Positions 46,303 to 56,072 of a stretch of DNA of 64,000 nt are shown here, one piece after another. Every line of letters starts with the position of its first letter. Positions within the stretch are counted from its first letter, which is position 1. The position numbers and the translations under genes are program-made. Source of the DNA: a virus; the IMG/VR virus record IMGVR_UViG_3300046787_000675, positions 64,001 through 128,000 of that record. One strand, 5' to 3'. The notes below the pieces were generated by a model that did no database searches, had not been told where the DNA came from, and saw only the letters and a program-made list of their open reading frames with translations.

Positions 46303-46312
46303 AAATTTTTCC

Positions 46313-47239
46313 TTACTCGCTACTGCTGCTAGAAGAGTTATCTATATGGGTATATAGGGTCCCTACTTCATTATTGTTCTCATTATAAATTACCTCTTTA
46401 TAGATATTTTGACAAGATGGCTCCTCTGGGGTCTCAGATGACTCCGATGATTCGGAAGGGGCACATGGATCGTCTTCATTAGGTTGAGCAGGGAAATAAA
46501 TATCTAGAGGTAACGATATATTGTCTCCTGCTCCTTCGTCTCCCCTATCGATATCTGTACTGTTTACAGGGGCGCATTCTTCCATACACCCTATAATATC
46601 AATATCTATGTTTCCGTTTTCGTCGGGCGGAGTATTTGCAATAGTGTATATAAGCGGGTCTTGATTTACTTTTACATCTCTATCAAGAAACGATACTAAA
46701 CTGAGTTCATCTAATTCATCGTCATTCCTATCTATAAAAATATTACTACCTTCAATAGTTATGTTTAACAATGAATTCGCGCTTAATAGTTTAAGTGCGT
46801 TATCCAATGAATAAGTCAAACCGTTTATTTCTATTGTATATGTTGTAGACATATTAGGTGCAGATATAACTACCTCATCTTCTAACGCGACACTTACCTG
46901 TCCACTATAATAACCTTGTCTTTCCAGTGCGCCCGGCCCGAACATAACATACCCGTGACCTAATACATCCATTTCCAGAGGATAGATTAAACCCGGCTGA
47001 GGATCCTCTACAAGAACATATGCTATCGGGATATTATTGGTTAAGTCTTCTAAAATGACAACAACAAATCCTATACCTACACGCAAGCATGTTAAAACAG
47101 GCTGTATAGATGGAGGGACTGTTAAAGATAACCCTGTTAATATATCGTTAGGGATATCTTCTGTATGGGTATCAATTAGAGGAAATTTAACGTCTGCATT
47201 ATTACTATATAAATTAGGATTTTCTGACATATTAGGCAC
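46313..47239 (-). CDS. Fibre-base paralog family member
   Basis: NADVKFPL; IYTIANTPPDENGNI; CMEEC. Confidence 0.7.
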   Translation of the reverse strand: MPNMSENPNLYSNNADVKFPLIDTHTEDIPNDILTGLSLTVPPSIQPVLTCLRVGIGFVVVILEDLTNNIPIAYVLVEDPQPGLIYPLEMDVLGHGYVMFGPGALERQGYYSGQVSVALEDEVVISAPNMSTTYTIEINGLTYSLDNALKLLSANSLLNITIEGSNIFIDRNDDELDELSLVSFLDRDVKVNQDPLIYTIANTPPDENGNIDIDIIGCMEECAPVNSTDIDRGDEGAGDNISLPLDIYFPAQPNEDDPCAPSESSESSETPEEPSCQNIYKEVIYNENNNEVGTLYTHIDNSSSSSSE

Positions 47240-48347
47240 TTCCTGAGCTACCGTCCGGCGGACGGAAATAAACTATGTTTGTTAGTGTTATATTACTTCC
47301 GATATGCGTTACACTAAATGTAGTTGTCACTTGAATTAATATCTGATCGGGAGAATCGTTAAACAAGGATGTATTAGTTATCATTAATACAACATCCCCG
47401 AATATCTCGTCCCCTGAAGCAAGAGATCCTGCATCTAAGTCAACCTCAACTGTGTTACCTGTAAAAGCCGGTCCTGAAAGTAATGGGGCATTAGTAGCGT
47501 TCTCTCTACTTACTACCCTTACTTCAGTGTTTCCAGGAGCAATACCGTTCCAGGTAAAATAACTCATTCCCGATTTACGAAGGAATGTGAATTTAACATT
47601 TATAGTTATTGGTCCAACGGACGACGGGGATATATTCCGATAATAAGCCGCGGCAGATATAGATTGACCAAATGATTGGGCACTGGCTTTTACACTTTGT
47701 TTATGAACAAGGTAGTTCCAATAATTTAAGGCAGTTAACGCCTGTACATATATACCGGAGAAGTTTTCTAACGGAGCACCGTCCGGAGCTACCGGAATAG
47801 TGTTTGTTATGGTGTCACCGGTTAGCTTCCATATGTATTGAATCATTTCGTCTATTCTATCTAAGTAAGTCTGGAAAGTCTCGTATGTAGGGCAGTCTAT
47901 ACAAGGGCCACATATATCTAATAGTGTTAAAAGATTTTCTCCTTGAATGTAATTACTGCAGCTGTCTGTTGTAAGAAACGAAACACCCAGTAAGTCTTCA
48001 GGCGGGGTCGATGCGATTTTAGTATAATACAATACTGCGTCTGTAAATGTCCAAGCATCTCCTTCCGGAGTAACATTAGTCTCGACGTCTAAATATGGAC
48101 CGGATATATTACCTCCCTCTATCATATTTTTTAAGGCAAGATATTTCTGTACATAGTATAGATTGCTTGTCTGTGCTGTATTCAGCGTTATAGATGCCAG
48201 TGCTATATCGGCATCTAACTCTATGCTTCCCTGACTATCTAGTCGTATAATTCTATTAGTGCAATCAATTAAGTCTCCATTTTTCTTTAGAATTTTTATC
48301 GTCGGGAGTAAGCGTACTGTGGAATCCGGATTAAAATCATCATACAT
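47232..48347 (-). CDS. Tail/baseplate-associated protein
   Basis: DICGPCIDC followed by an amphipathic helix; Ig-like C-terminus. Confidence 0.65.
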   Translation of the reverse strand: MYDDFNPDSTVRLLPTIKILKKNGDLIDCTNRIIRLDSQGSIELDADIALASITLNTAQTSNLYYVQKYLALKNMIEGGNISGPYLDVETNVTPEGDAWTFTDAVLYYTKIASTPPEDLLGVSFLTTDSCSNYIQGENLLTLLDICGPCIDCPTYETFQTYLDRIDEMIQYIWKLTGDTITNTIPVAPDGAPLENFSGIYVQALTALNYWNYLVHKQSVKASAQSFGQSISAAAYYRNISPSSVGPITINVKFTFLRKSGMSYFTWNGIAPGNTEVRVVSRENATNAPLLSGPAFTGNTVEVDLDAGSLASGDEIFGDVVLMITNTSLFNDSPDQILIQVTTTFSVTHIGSNITLTNIVYFRPPDGSSGSA

Positions 48348-49288
48348 TATAAAGTATTCCCCAAACTCAAAAGTTTATTCTGTACATCATTGATTATATC
48401 GCGTGTCGCGTCGTAGGCGCGTTGGAGCTGACTATATCTTAAATTAAGGGCAGTTATAGATTCTTTAATAGCCGCGATATTAGGATCCTCTGGACAACAG
48501 GGAGTAGCACACGGGTTCCCTATAGTTATACCAGCAGCCTGGTTGATTATTTCCGTACAGTCCGCCGCGAGAACTTCGAAGTTTCGAGTTAGATCAGGTA
48601 ACAGACCGTTAATGCTTCGAATAGGTACACCAAGTTCATTAGTTAAAGCATCTATAACATCCTGATCAGAATTGATAGTTGTGCTGTTGACATTAGGCGT
48701 GACATCGATTGTGATTATAGATTCGTCTCCGGAAGATTGTACATCTAGTGATACATTGGCTCCTTCCTTGAATATAATTGTACCGGATAGTAATCTATCG
48801 CCTATTGCAAGATACTGTACGTTAATTAATCCTCTAGCTATGCGTGTAGGACTTATGTAGGTGCTTGATGGATCAAACCTCCAGACACCTAATTTAGTAG
48901 AAGTCTCTGCGGCATTACCTATGATTATTTGACCGGTACAGATATATAAGGCAGCTAATGGTCCGGTTAATTGAACTCTGCTAGGAGTAAAGATATAAGC
49001 CTGTTGTAAAGACGTGTTAACTAATATGTTTTTAAATACACCTATCGGTTCCGGGGTAGACGGGTCGTCATAACCTATCGCGATGTCTATATGTGCTCGT
49101 CGCGCAATTATGTAATGAATATAAAACTTCTCTACATCTATTTGCGGTATATTAGGTACACACATGTACAAATCCGTTATAAGGGATGTAGGGAGCTTAA
49201 ACGATCCTGATATATCCTCTCCCGGAGATTCATCCTTAAGAGGAAATGACCGGTGCATGTTCTGGTCGCAAAATTCCTGGTAAATCAT
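48347..49288 (-). CDS. Fibre-base paralog family member with C-terminal coiled coil
   Basis: NMHRSFPL; FKEGANV; IRSINGLLPD; NPCATPCC; heptad repeats. Confidence 0.7.
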   Translation of the reverse strand: MIYQEFCDQNMHRSFPLKDESPGEDISGSFKLPTSLITDLYMCVPNIPQIDVEKFYIHYIIARRAHIDIAIGYDDPSTPEPIGVFKNILVNTSLQQAYIFTPSRVQLTGPLAALYICTGQIIIGNAAETSTKLGVWRFDPSSTYISPTRIARGLINVQYLAIGDRLLSGTIIFKEGANVSLDVQSSGDESIITIDVTPNVNSTTINSDQDVIDALTNELGVPIRSINGLLPDLTRNFEVLAADCTEIINQAAGITIGNPCATPCCPEDPNIAAIKESITALNLRYSQLQRAYDATRDIINDVQNKLLSLGNTL

Positions 49289-49299
49289 CTAACCTTCCT

Positions 49300-50850
49300 T
49301 TATACTTGTATTAAGATAATACCTGTAGCTACGATATTTATAGGGTCATCAGGGTTATCCGCGGTAAGAACATAATTAAGCATTCCCCTAGAAGCACCTG
49401 TTAGAGGTATATCTGCTGACGCGACATAATAAATATCTCCGGCAGAAACCGAGCCAGGTATATTAGGTAGAGCTATAACTGTATCTGCTCCTGGAGTAAC
49501 GCCCGATACATTTGGAGTAGGAACTAAACTATAAGAACATTCCGGGGCAGGCTGATTAGCTACAGGGCTAATTATCTGACAGAATATTTTAGCAGTGTAT
49601 GTCCCGCTTCCGAAATCCGGTAATAAACACCGGCAATGTACACTGGATAATCTGTTTATAGGTAGCTGTGTTATTACATGGACGCCTTCTACCGAAGTTA
49701 CAGAGTTATTTAAATTTAGTACCTGTGCTGGGATAGCTAAATTATTAAACAAAGATGAACCGACGGTAATTACATTACTTCCATTAGGACCACTAGCCGT
49801 TACAGTTATCCCGGCTCCTGCCTGTACCTTAGTGACTACTTTGGCAATCTTAACAGCACGCGTTATAGCATTAATAGATATTACGGCGGTACCCGTAGGG
49901 GTATCTTCTGAAGTAGTATAATCAATAGTGTTTATTGTTACTCTGCCATTAGAATTAATAATGTTTAGTGCAGCCGGCGTAGATGTACGGATAGAATGTA
50001 GGAGTGCCATATCCTTAACATCGGCTGATAAAACATTTAACTCAATATCCTGATCAGGTGGAGTTACATCTGTAAACCAAATACCGTTTTCATCTTTAAA
50101 TATTAAATCCTCAAATAAGTGAGTACCTGTATCGCGTCCTATAAAAGTAGCATCACCAACACCAGCAAGTATTGCCTCAACTAAATTAACATCGATAGCG
50201 TGTAAAGTTGTGAAGGCATAACCATATGTTGCCCCCGCAGGAGGATCACTAAAAGAACCTGCAGGTAACCATTCTCCTTCCAGTAATAGAAAAGACATAT
50301 GTGTATGTGTTATAGGCTCGTGTTGGGGAGGGAAGACGCGAATAACTCCGTCCGAGTAGTATTCCAATACCCTTACACCCATTGCCGGTTTAGTTTTTAT
50401 AACCGTACCTTCAACAGAGTTGGACAAGAAGTAAATACCTGCCGACGGAGTAATGCTGTTAAACAGTCTTGTTTGGGCTGGGCTATCTAATTCCGCAATA
50501 CCTTCGATAAGAACATCGGCTACATAATCAGTAGTTTTATTGATTATTACGCCGGTAAATATTGAACTATCTGCAGGAGTAGCTTGTTGATTAGCATTTA
50601 AGATATCCCATTTAGATAAAGCTTTTTTATGTAAAAGAGTAGCGTTATCCAGGTAAACAACATGACCGGGTAAAGAGGTGCTCTCTACAGGGATATTTTT
50701 TAAAACTAACTGCTGTCCTGCTTTTATTGAATCCAGTAGATTTTTTAATACTACGGTTCTTTCTGCCAAGATGTTAACAGGGGAATTTACGCTTTTAGCT
50801 TTTAAAGGATCCCCGTTTACAACTTGTGGTACTGATACTGTCCAACTCAT
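49300..50850 (-). CDS. Baseplate/tail-fibre attachment protein
   Basis: N-terminal VNGDP..VNSPVNILAERTVVLK fibre-anchor pattern; PGHVVY..A..GV..G beta-clip-like segment. Confidence 0.6.
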   Translation of the reverse strand: MSWTVSVPQVVNGDPLKAKSVNSPVNILAERTVVLKNLLDSIKAGQQLVLKNIPVESTSLPGHVVYLDNATLLHKKALSKWDILNANQQATPADSSIFTGVIINKTTDYVADVLIEGIAELDSPAQTRLFNSITPSAGIYFLSNSVEGTVIKTKPAMGVRVLEYYSDGVIRVFPPQHEPITHTHMSFLLLEGEWLPAGSFSDPPAGATYGYAFTTLHAIDVNLVEAILAGVGDATFIGRDTGTHLFEDLIFKDENGIWFTDVTPPDQDIELNVLSADVKDMALLHSIRTSTPAALNIINSNGRVTINTIDYTTSEDTPTGTAVISINAITRAVKIAKVVTKVQAGAGITVTASGPNGSNVITVGSSLFNNLAIPAQVLNLNNSVTSVEGVHVITQLPINRLSSVHCRCLLPDFGSGTYTAKIFCQIISPVANQPAPECSYSLVPTPNVSGVTPGADTVIALPNIPGSVSAGDIYYVASADIPLTGASRGMLNYVLTADNPDDPINIVATGIILIQV

Positions 50851-50860
50851 TTAAATCTCC

Positions 50861-51445
50861 TTACGGTTGTTCCCATGTTTGTGCCCAGCGGACGCCTACT
50901 TGGGCTCCGGCTAATATAGTCACTTCTTCTAATATACCTACAAGATCAGCAAATAATACAGAGGAGTACATTATATCGTTAGCCATATCATCCGGGTCTA
51001 GATAACATAGAGCGGCACCGTATACCTTACTTACGCCGGCTGTAACTTCGTTACCGGAAATAGGAACAGCTGCGTTGTTATCGGAGATAGCTATAAAAGT
51101 CGCTTTATTGCTATTGTAGGTACTTTCATCGGACGAACTTAAAGAAGGTGTAGCCGCCAGAGGTACACGCATAAAACTCTTAGTGTTATCCGAGGCTGTT
51201 GTCTGGTAATAATCTACAGTTCTATCTACCAGGGGTGTCGTTTCATTTAACGGCGAGGAAGCATTACTATACGCGATGTACATGCCGTTTATGAATTTAT
51301 TCCCTACCATAGCCTGTGCGATTAAATCCATACCGGAGTTAACTATAAGGTTACGTTTTGTTAGTATTACCTTGTCGCCTTCTGCGGTGCGTACAAAAAC
51401 TTCTATATCGCCTCGCATTCCATTACTGTGTTTCTCTTTTATCAT
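50861..51445 (-). CDS. Baseplate-associated structural protein
   Basis: RGDIEVF..KRNLIVNSG..IAQAM pattern; C-terminal VRW. Confidence 0.6.
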   Translation of the reverse strand: MIKEKHSNGMRGDIEVFVRTAEGDKVILTKRNLIVNSGMDLIAQAMVGNKFINGMYIAYSNASSPLNETTPLVDRTVDYYQTTASDNTKSFMRVPLAATPSLSSSDESTYNSNKATFIAISDNNAAVPISGNEVTAGVSKVYGAALCYLDPDDMANDIMYSSVLFADLVGILEEVTILAGAQVGVRWAQTWEQP

Positions 51446-51457
51446 TTTATCGATCCT

Positions 51458-52990
51458 CTAAAAATTCCCTACGGGAGCTAATAATTCTGTTTTCGATCCT
51501 GCTTCCAATTCATCTACCTCTGCAATATAAAAGACATCTAAGGATTCGGATGAATTCCCTGTGTATATCTCCTCTAGTATCGGTAATTCCTTACTTAGAA
51601 ATAAAGTAGTTCCGGCAGGAATTAATGATCGTATGTTTTTAAAAATCTGAGAAGATAAGCCGTCTTCAAAAATTTCGTTGTTTAGCTTTATAAATAAACT
51701 GTTAGTCTGTAAATACAAATCCCTAAGCTCTTCAAACGGATTTATGTTTTCCGGTATTTTTCCGTATTTTAATTTGAGCTGCTCGAAAAAAGTCATCCCG
51801 TTCTCGTCTCGGGTATTTAATCGTGTCATAAGATCTTCGACATCTTTAGGGTGACCGCCGACAGCAAACCTGTAATGGGTGTACGGTAAATTATCGATAA
51901 AGTCCGTAGCTTCTCCCTCGGGAATTATTTTTGTTATGTTGCCGTTTCTGTTTCGGACTATGAAGTTTAAACCGTCGCGCTCTAAACTATACCAACCTTT
52001 AGGTTTATATGTTTCTACCGGCATACGTTCGTTTAAGAAATGGATACCTCCGCCGTGTTGCAGATATATGTAGCCCTTATCGATTGTCAATCCTGCTAGA
52101 AAAGAAGATTCTAATACTTCGGTACCGTACCGAATATCAAATGCATCGAATATAAGTGTATAAGGATAAATTGTCTTACCTACAGCAGTTAAAACAGTAG
52201 TTTCTTTAGGAGCAATATATAAGTTATTATCTGTCTGGACACAAACGCTATCTCCTTCTTCGTAGATATCCTTGACTACGCCTTCCTCTGTTACAGGATC
52301 TACACCAGTGAGTAAACAAAATAAGGAATGCAGCCGGGCAGTAGTTAAGCCGTTAACGCGGATGTCCCAGACTAAATTTATCACCTCTTTTACTTTCTCG
52401 TCGTTATATCCGGATATCCCTATTATGCTTCCGAAAAAATTACAGATGTCGTTCTGATCTTCTAGCGTATTAAATCCCCATAGACTAAACGCGGTATAGG
52501 TTTGTGTTCCGTCGTTTATAATTATCTTTTTTATATCGGGGTTATCAATAGGGTTATTTTTAAATTTTAACCAGCCATTAGTTACAGTGTAATCTACATC
52601 GAGAGTTAGGACGCTGGAAGGTGAAGCTATTGAAATGGATAAATAAGGTGGGATGAAGTTACCTATCTTAAAGGACGGCGATAAAGGATAAACATCGTTG
52701 GTGTCGTATGTTATGCCTGCCTGGTTATAAGTTATATCTCCGCCGTATTTGTATTCATCTGTATCCATATCTTTTGTAGAGAAATTAAATAACCGCGTAT
52801 TATGCAATTTATATACAGGTATATCTGTGCGGGAAAGATACTTCTTTAATACCTGCTCCAGATATATTGTTGTCTGGGCGCGAATAGCTACAGACGTTGT
52901 GTAAGCATCGATATACGACGTATTACTGTAAAAGGATGTCCAGAAAAACCCGAGTGCTTTTTTTAACTCTTTTATTGTATCTTGTATCAT
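51458..52990 (-). CDS. Baseplate wedge subunit (partner of the J-like protein)
   Basis: Immediately downstream of the J-like gene; LGFFW; IRSLIPAGT near the C-terminus. Confidence 0.6.
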   Translation of the reverse strand: MIQDTIKELKKALGFFWTSFYSNTSYIDAYTTSVAIRAQTTIYLEQVLKKYLSRTDIPVYKLHNTRLFNFSTKDMDTDEYKYGGDITYNQAGITYDTNDVYPLSPSFKIGNFIPPYLSISIASPSSVLTLDVDYTVTNGWLKFKNNPIDNPDIKKIIINDGTQTYTAFSLWGFNTLEDQNDICNFFGSIIGISGYNDEKVKEVINLVWDIRVNGLTTARLHSLFCLLTGVDPVTEEGVVKDIYEEGDSVCVQTDNNLYIAPKETTVLTAVGKTIYPYTLIFDAFDIRYGTEVLESSFLAGLTIDKGYIYLQHGGGIHFLNERMPVETYKPKGWYSLERDGLNFIVRNRNGNITKIIPEGEATDFIDNLPYTHYRFAVGGHPKDVEDLMTRLNTRDENGMTFFEQLKLKYGKIPENINPFEELRDLYLQTNSLFIKLNNEIFEDGLSSQIFKNIRSLIPAGTTLFLSKELPILEEIYTGNSSESLDVFYIAEVDELEAGSKTELLAPVGNF

Positions 52991-52994
52991 TGAC

Positions 52995-54551
52995 TTATAC
53001 TTCCTTTAGGGAAACATCTATAAGATCCAGGCTAGAAAAGAATTTAACATTTCCTGCCGTTACACCTTCGAATTCTACTGGTACCTCAATATTATTATTG
53101 TCGGAGGTGTGTCCAATAGTACCGTCCGGTAAATAAATTGTTCCGTGCATTCTTATAGGCATTTTAACATTTGCAGAAGGGAATAATTTTTTTATCGCAT
53201 AAACTACATCCGATGCGGGGAACGAAGATTTACCTGCTTTCTGTGTATTGACCGCAGCAGCTATTTCGGATTTTATAGAGGTTATATCCGGAGGAACAAC
53301 ACCGGAAAAATAATCTACAGAAACTCCTATTGATATTTCAATAGGTATAAAAGCTTTAATAAGTATATCGCCTATAGCTGTCTGTATCTCGTTATCTTCG
53401 ATATAAGTCTGCAGTTCGTCTATGTTAGGCATATATAATATCTCTAGAATATAATCCTTAGTCGTATCTACAGTAGCTTCCGTGTTCTCGTCGAAAAAAT
53501 AAACAGATAGAATCTGGTACCGGCTATACCGCGCTTCCTGTTCGTTTTTTATATATGGTCTGGTATTCGTACTGCTATATCCCAATACATGTTGGATGGG
53601 GGTATCTATTATATTTGTTCCAGAACGTATGCTTTTTACAGCGTAGGCACCGGCATATAAAGACGAAGGAACGGTAACTGTCCATTGTGTACCTTCTACA
53701 CGGGTAGCTGTCAAAGGAATCAATATCTTCTGTATAACTGGGTTAGTGCTTACATATGCATCGGATCGTCCTCCGCTCGATATACCTGTTACTGGATGTC
53801 TATCGCGGATTTGTACTTCATCGCCGAAACCAAATACTTGTACATCAAGAACATTATAAGGCGAATTAGTGAGCAGGGATCTGATATTGTCTTTACCCGT
53901 GGCGGATTCAGCTGTGATTCCTAATTTTGCGCGGTCTATGAGGTCTTCTGTTGTTTCCGGTAAACTACCTCCGCTGAAGGTAGACGATGTCTCCATTTTC
54001 TTAATATATGTCGAAGATAGGTTATGTGTGCATACTTGTCCTGGAGACAACACAATATCTGTAGGTTGTTTGCTTATTACTTCGATCTGCATTACCCTGG
54101 TTGTGTTATTAACCTCTAATGCCTTGATATAAGACACCTGTGTAGTATCCTGTTCTGTAATCAAACCTAAAGCACCTATAAATGTAGTTGTCGGAGAAAA
54201 TTGTATACCTGCGCATGTTATAATTGTTCCCGCGGGTATAGCAACAGAAGAGGCTCCTGAAAAATAAACAGATATAAAACCTGTTGAGCGTGTACCTTCT
54301 TTACGAGTAACATTGAAATTTGAGAGAAGTAAATCTACAAGCTCTTCGTCTGGACTATCCGAATTTAATACCTGGAACAATGACATATTATTCTTCAATG
54401 TATCTATTTCAGTATCTCTATTACTTAAATTAACAGCCCATGGTTTAATAATCTGCTCATGGAATACGCCTCCTATAGACCAATCATAGGTAGGGAAATA
54501 TTCTTCTAATGTTCTCTTTAATTCTTCTTCATTTTCTTTTAGCGTAGCCAT
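52995..54551 (-). CDS. Baseplate J/gp6-like wedge protein
   Basis: NFNVTRKEGTRSTG, IPAGT, FSGGSLPETTEDLIDR, GGRSDAYV. Confidence 0.85.
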   Translation of the reverse strand: MATLKENEEELKRTLEEYFPTYDWSIGGVFHEQIIKPWAVNLSNRDTEIDTLKNNMSLFQVLNSDSPDEELVDLLLSNFNVTRKEGTRSTGFISVYFSGASSVAIPAGTIITCAGIQFSPTTTFIGALGLITEQDTTQVSYIKALEVNNTTRVMQIEVISKQPTDIVLSPGQVCTHNLSSTYIKKMETSSTFSGGSLPETTEDLIDRAKLGITAESATGKDNIRSLLTNSPYNVLDVQVFGFGDEVQIRDRHPVTGISSGGRSDAYVSTNPVIQKILIPLTATRVEGTQWTVTVPSSLYAGAYAVKSIRSGTNIIDTPIQHVLGYSSTNTRPYIKNEQEARYSRYQILSVYFFDENTEATVDTTKDYILEILYMPNIDELQTYIEDNEIQTAIGDILIKAFIPIEISIGVSVDYFSGVVPPDITSIKSEIAAAVNTQKAGKSSFPASDVVYAIKKLFPSANVKMPIRMHGTIYLPDGTIGHTSDNNNIEVPVEFEGVTAGNVKFFSSLDLIDVSLKEV

Positions 54552-54554
54552 ATG

Positions 54555-54977
54555 TTAATCCTTCTGCACCTGCTGTAATGTTTTAGGCATAATTACTGTT
54601 AATTCACTGCCCGCTGCTGTCTTTAATGTTATTTCTATACTTAAATAATCTACATCCTGTTTAGTGACTCGTAATGTATAATTGGCTATTTTCTCATCGT
54701 CAGGTGTAGATGTTGTGTAGCTCTCATCTAATTGTTGAAGTACATTATTACATGCTATTCTTAATGTTCCGTCCGCACCTGCGATATCCGCTACACTAAT
54801 AACGTTTCTAACAGCGGGAATAGTGGTACCTCTACCAAAAGGATCTGTTTTTATATCTGTCAATAATAATATCATGAACCTTTGTACTAATTTAGCAACA
54901 CCTGTTATAAATGTACCGTTCATATCTAAGTCCGGGGTACTATCTTTAATATTACCTAAAATGTTTATATCGTACAT
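54555..54977 (-). CDS. gp25-like baseplate/sheath initiator
   Basis: ITGVAKLVQRFMILLLT..P..GT; DDEKI; upstream of the J-like gene. Confidence 0.75.
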   Translation of the reverse strand: MYDINILGNIKDSTPDLDMNGTFITGVAKLVQRFMILLLTDIKTDPFGRGTTIPAVRNVISVADIAGADGTLRIACNNVLQQLDESYTTSTPDDEKIANYTLRVTKQDVDYLSIEITLKTAAGSELTVIMPKTLQQVQKD

Positions 54978-55372
54978 TATACTGTCTCTAAATTATTTAT
55001 AAATTCTGTTCCGGTAACTATCCCTATATTACTCAATTGTGTACCTAACGGTCCTTCGACGATACCTATATTTCTCTTGTAATTAACGATATTTAACCGG
55101 CGTTTTAACCTACTGCCTTTTCTTAAATTTTCCTGCCTCTGTATCGATAACATAAAAGCAAATGCTTCCTGTATACCGGTAAATTGTCCTTCAGTAGTAG
55201 AATTAGTTGAACCCATATACCCTTGTAATTCTTTCAATATATCCGCTGTAAACTCTTCTGTTAAAGATTCAGGAAATATATCTGTCAGATAGGATGGGCT
55301 ACCATTCAATACGTTTTTATATTGTGTTTCGAAGTAGGTTATTAACTTACTGCAGGCTTCTTGTACCGTCAT
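54977..55372 (-). CDS. Hypothetical protein, 131 aa
   Basis: Translationally coupled ORF. Confidence 0.7.
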   Translation of the reverse strand: MTVQEACSKLITYFETQYKNVLNGSPSYLTDIFPESLTEEFTADILKELQGYMGSTNSTTEGQFTGIQEAFAFMLSIQRQENLRKGSRLKRRLNIVNYKRNIGIVEGPLGTQLSNIGIVTGTEFINNLETV

Positions 55373-56072
55373 TAAATCCCTCCTCTAGCTTCTTGGTTAT
55401 TGTAGATATTCTGGAACTTACAGCCGGGGCACTTACCCCTAATTTTTTTGCGATAACGTGTTTAGGTAACATTTCTTTACCTCCGTAACCTGTAGTCCAT
55501 TCTAGAACTTTTTTATTTGTATCGTCGAGATCGTGATACACATAATCCATCCATACCTGCTCCGGTGTTTTACCTGTGCCGGTAGTTATCTGTACTCCTT
55601 TGTCATCGAATAGCTCAGGACTTTCTGCTACTTGTTTTGCTTTCTGTACGCGCTTAGGAGATATCTTAAAAACATCGGCAATAGTCTGGTCGGAAGGAAC
55701 AACTCCATGTATATCTAAGTAATCTTTCTCGAACTCGTAAATCTTATGCCTATCAAGTCTAACCTGTTCCGGAATATGTATTGCGCTGGAGCGTTCGGCT
55801 TTATAACGGTGTAATCCTTTTAAATTGTTATATATGTGTGTAGGCAGAGCTGTTCCTTTACTTGGGTCGTAACTATTCAATGAGTTTGCTGCAATAATGT
55901 AAGCTCTTATTTTTAAAGAAGGACTACCAAAGGAATTCAACGCGGTTTCTATTATAGGCGTTAATTTACGCAGAAGATTATTATAATTTTCTTTAGTTGG
56001 TTTATTTTTCCACTGAGCATATTCATCCAGCGGTTTATTTTTTTGTTCAGTATATTCGTTTAGTTTAGGCAT
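55347..56072 (-). CDS. Phage sigma70-family sigma factor
   Basis: Region 2 YDPSKGTALPTHIY..L; IHIPE; region 3 PSDQTIADVFKISPKRV; region 4 IAKKLGVSAPAVS. Confidence 0.85.
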   Translation of the reverse strand: MPKLNEYTEQKNKPLDEYAQWKNKPTKENYNNLLRKLTPIIETALNSFGSPSLKIRAYIIAANSLNSYDPSKGTALPTHIYNNLKGLHRYKAERSSAIHIPEQVRLDRHKIYEFEKDYLDIHGVVPSDQTIADVFKISPKRVQKAKQVAESPELFDDKGVQITTGTGKTPEQVWMDYVYHDLDDTNKKVLEWTTGYGGKEMLPKHVIAKKLGVSAPAVSSRISTITKKLEEGFNDGTRSLQ

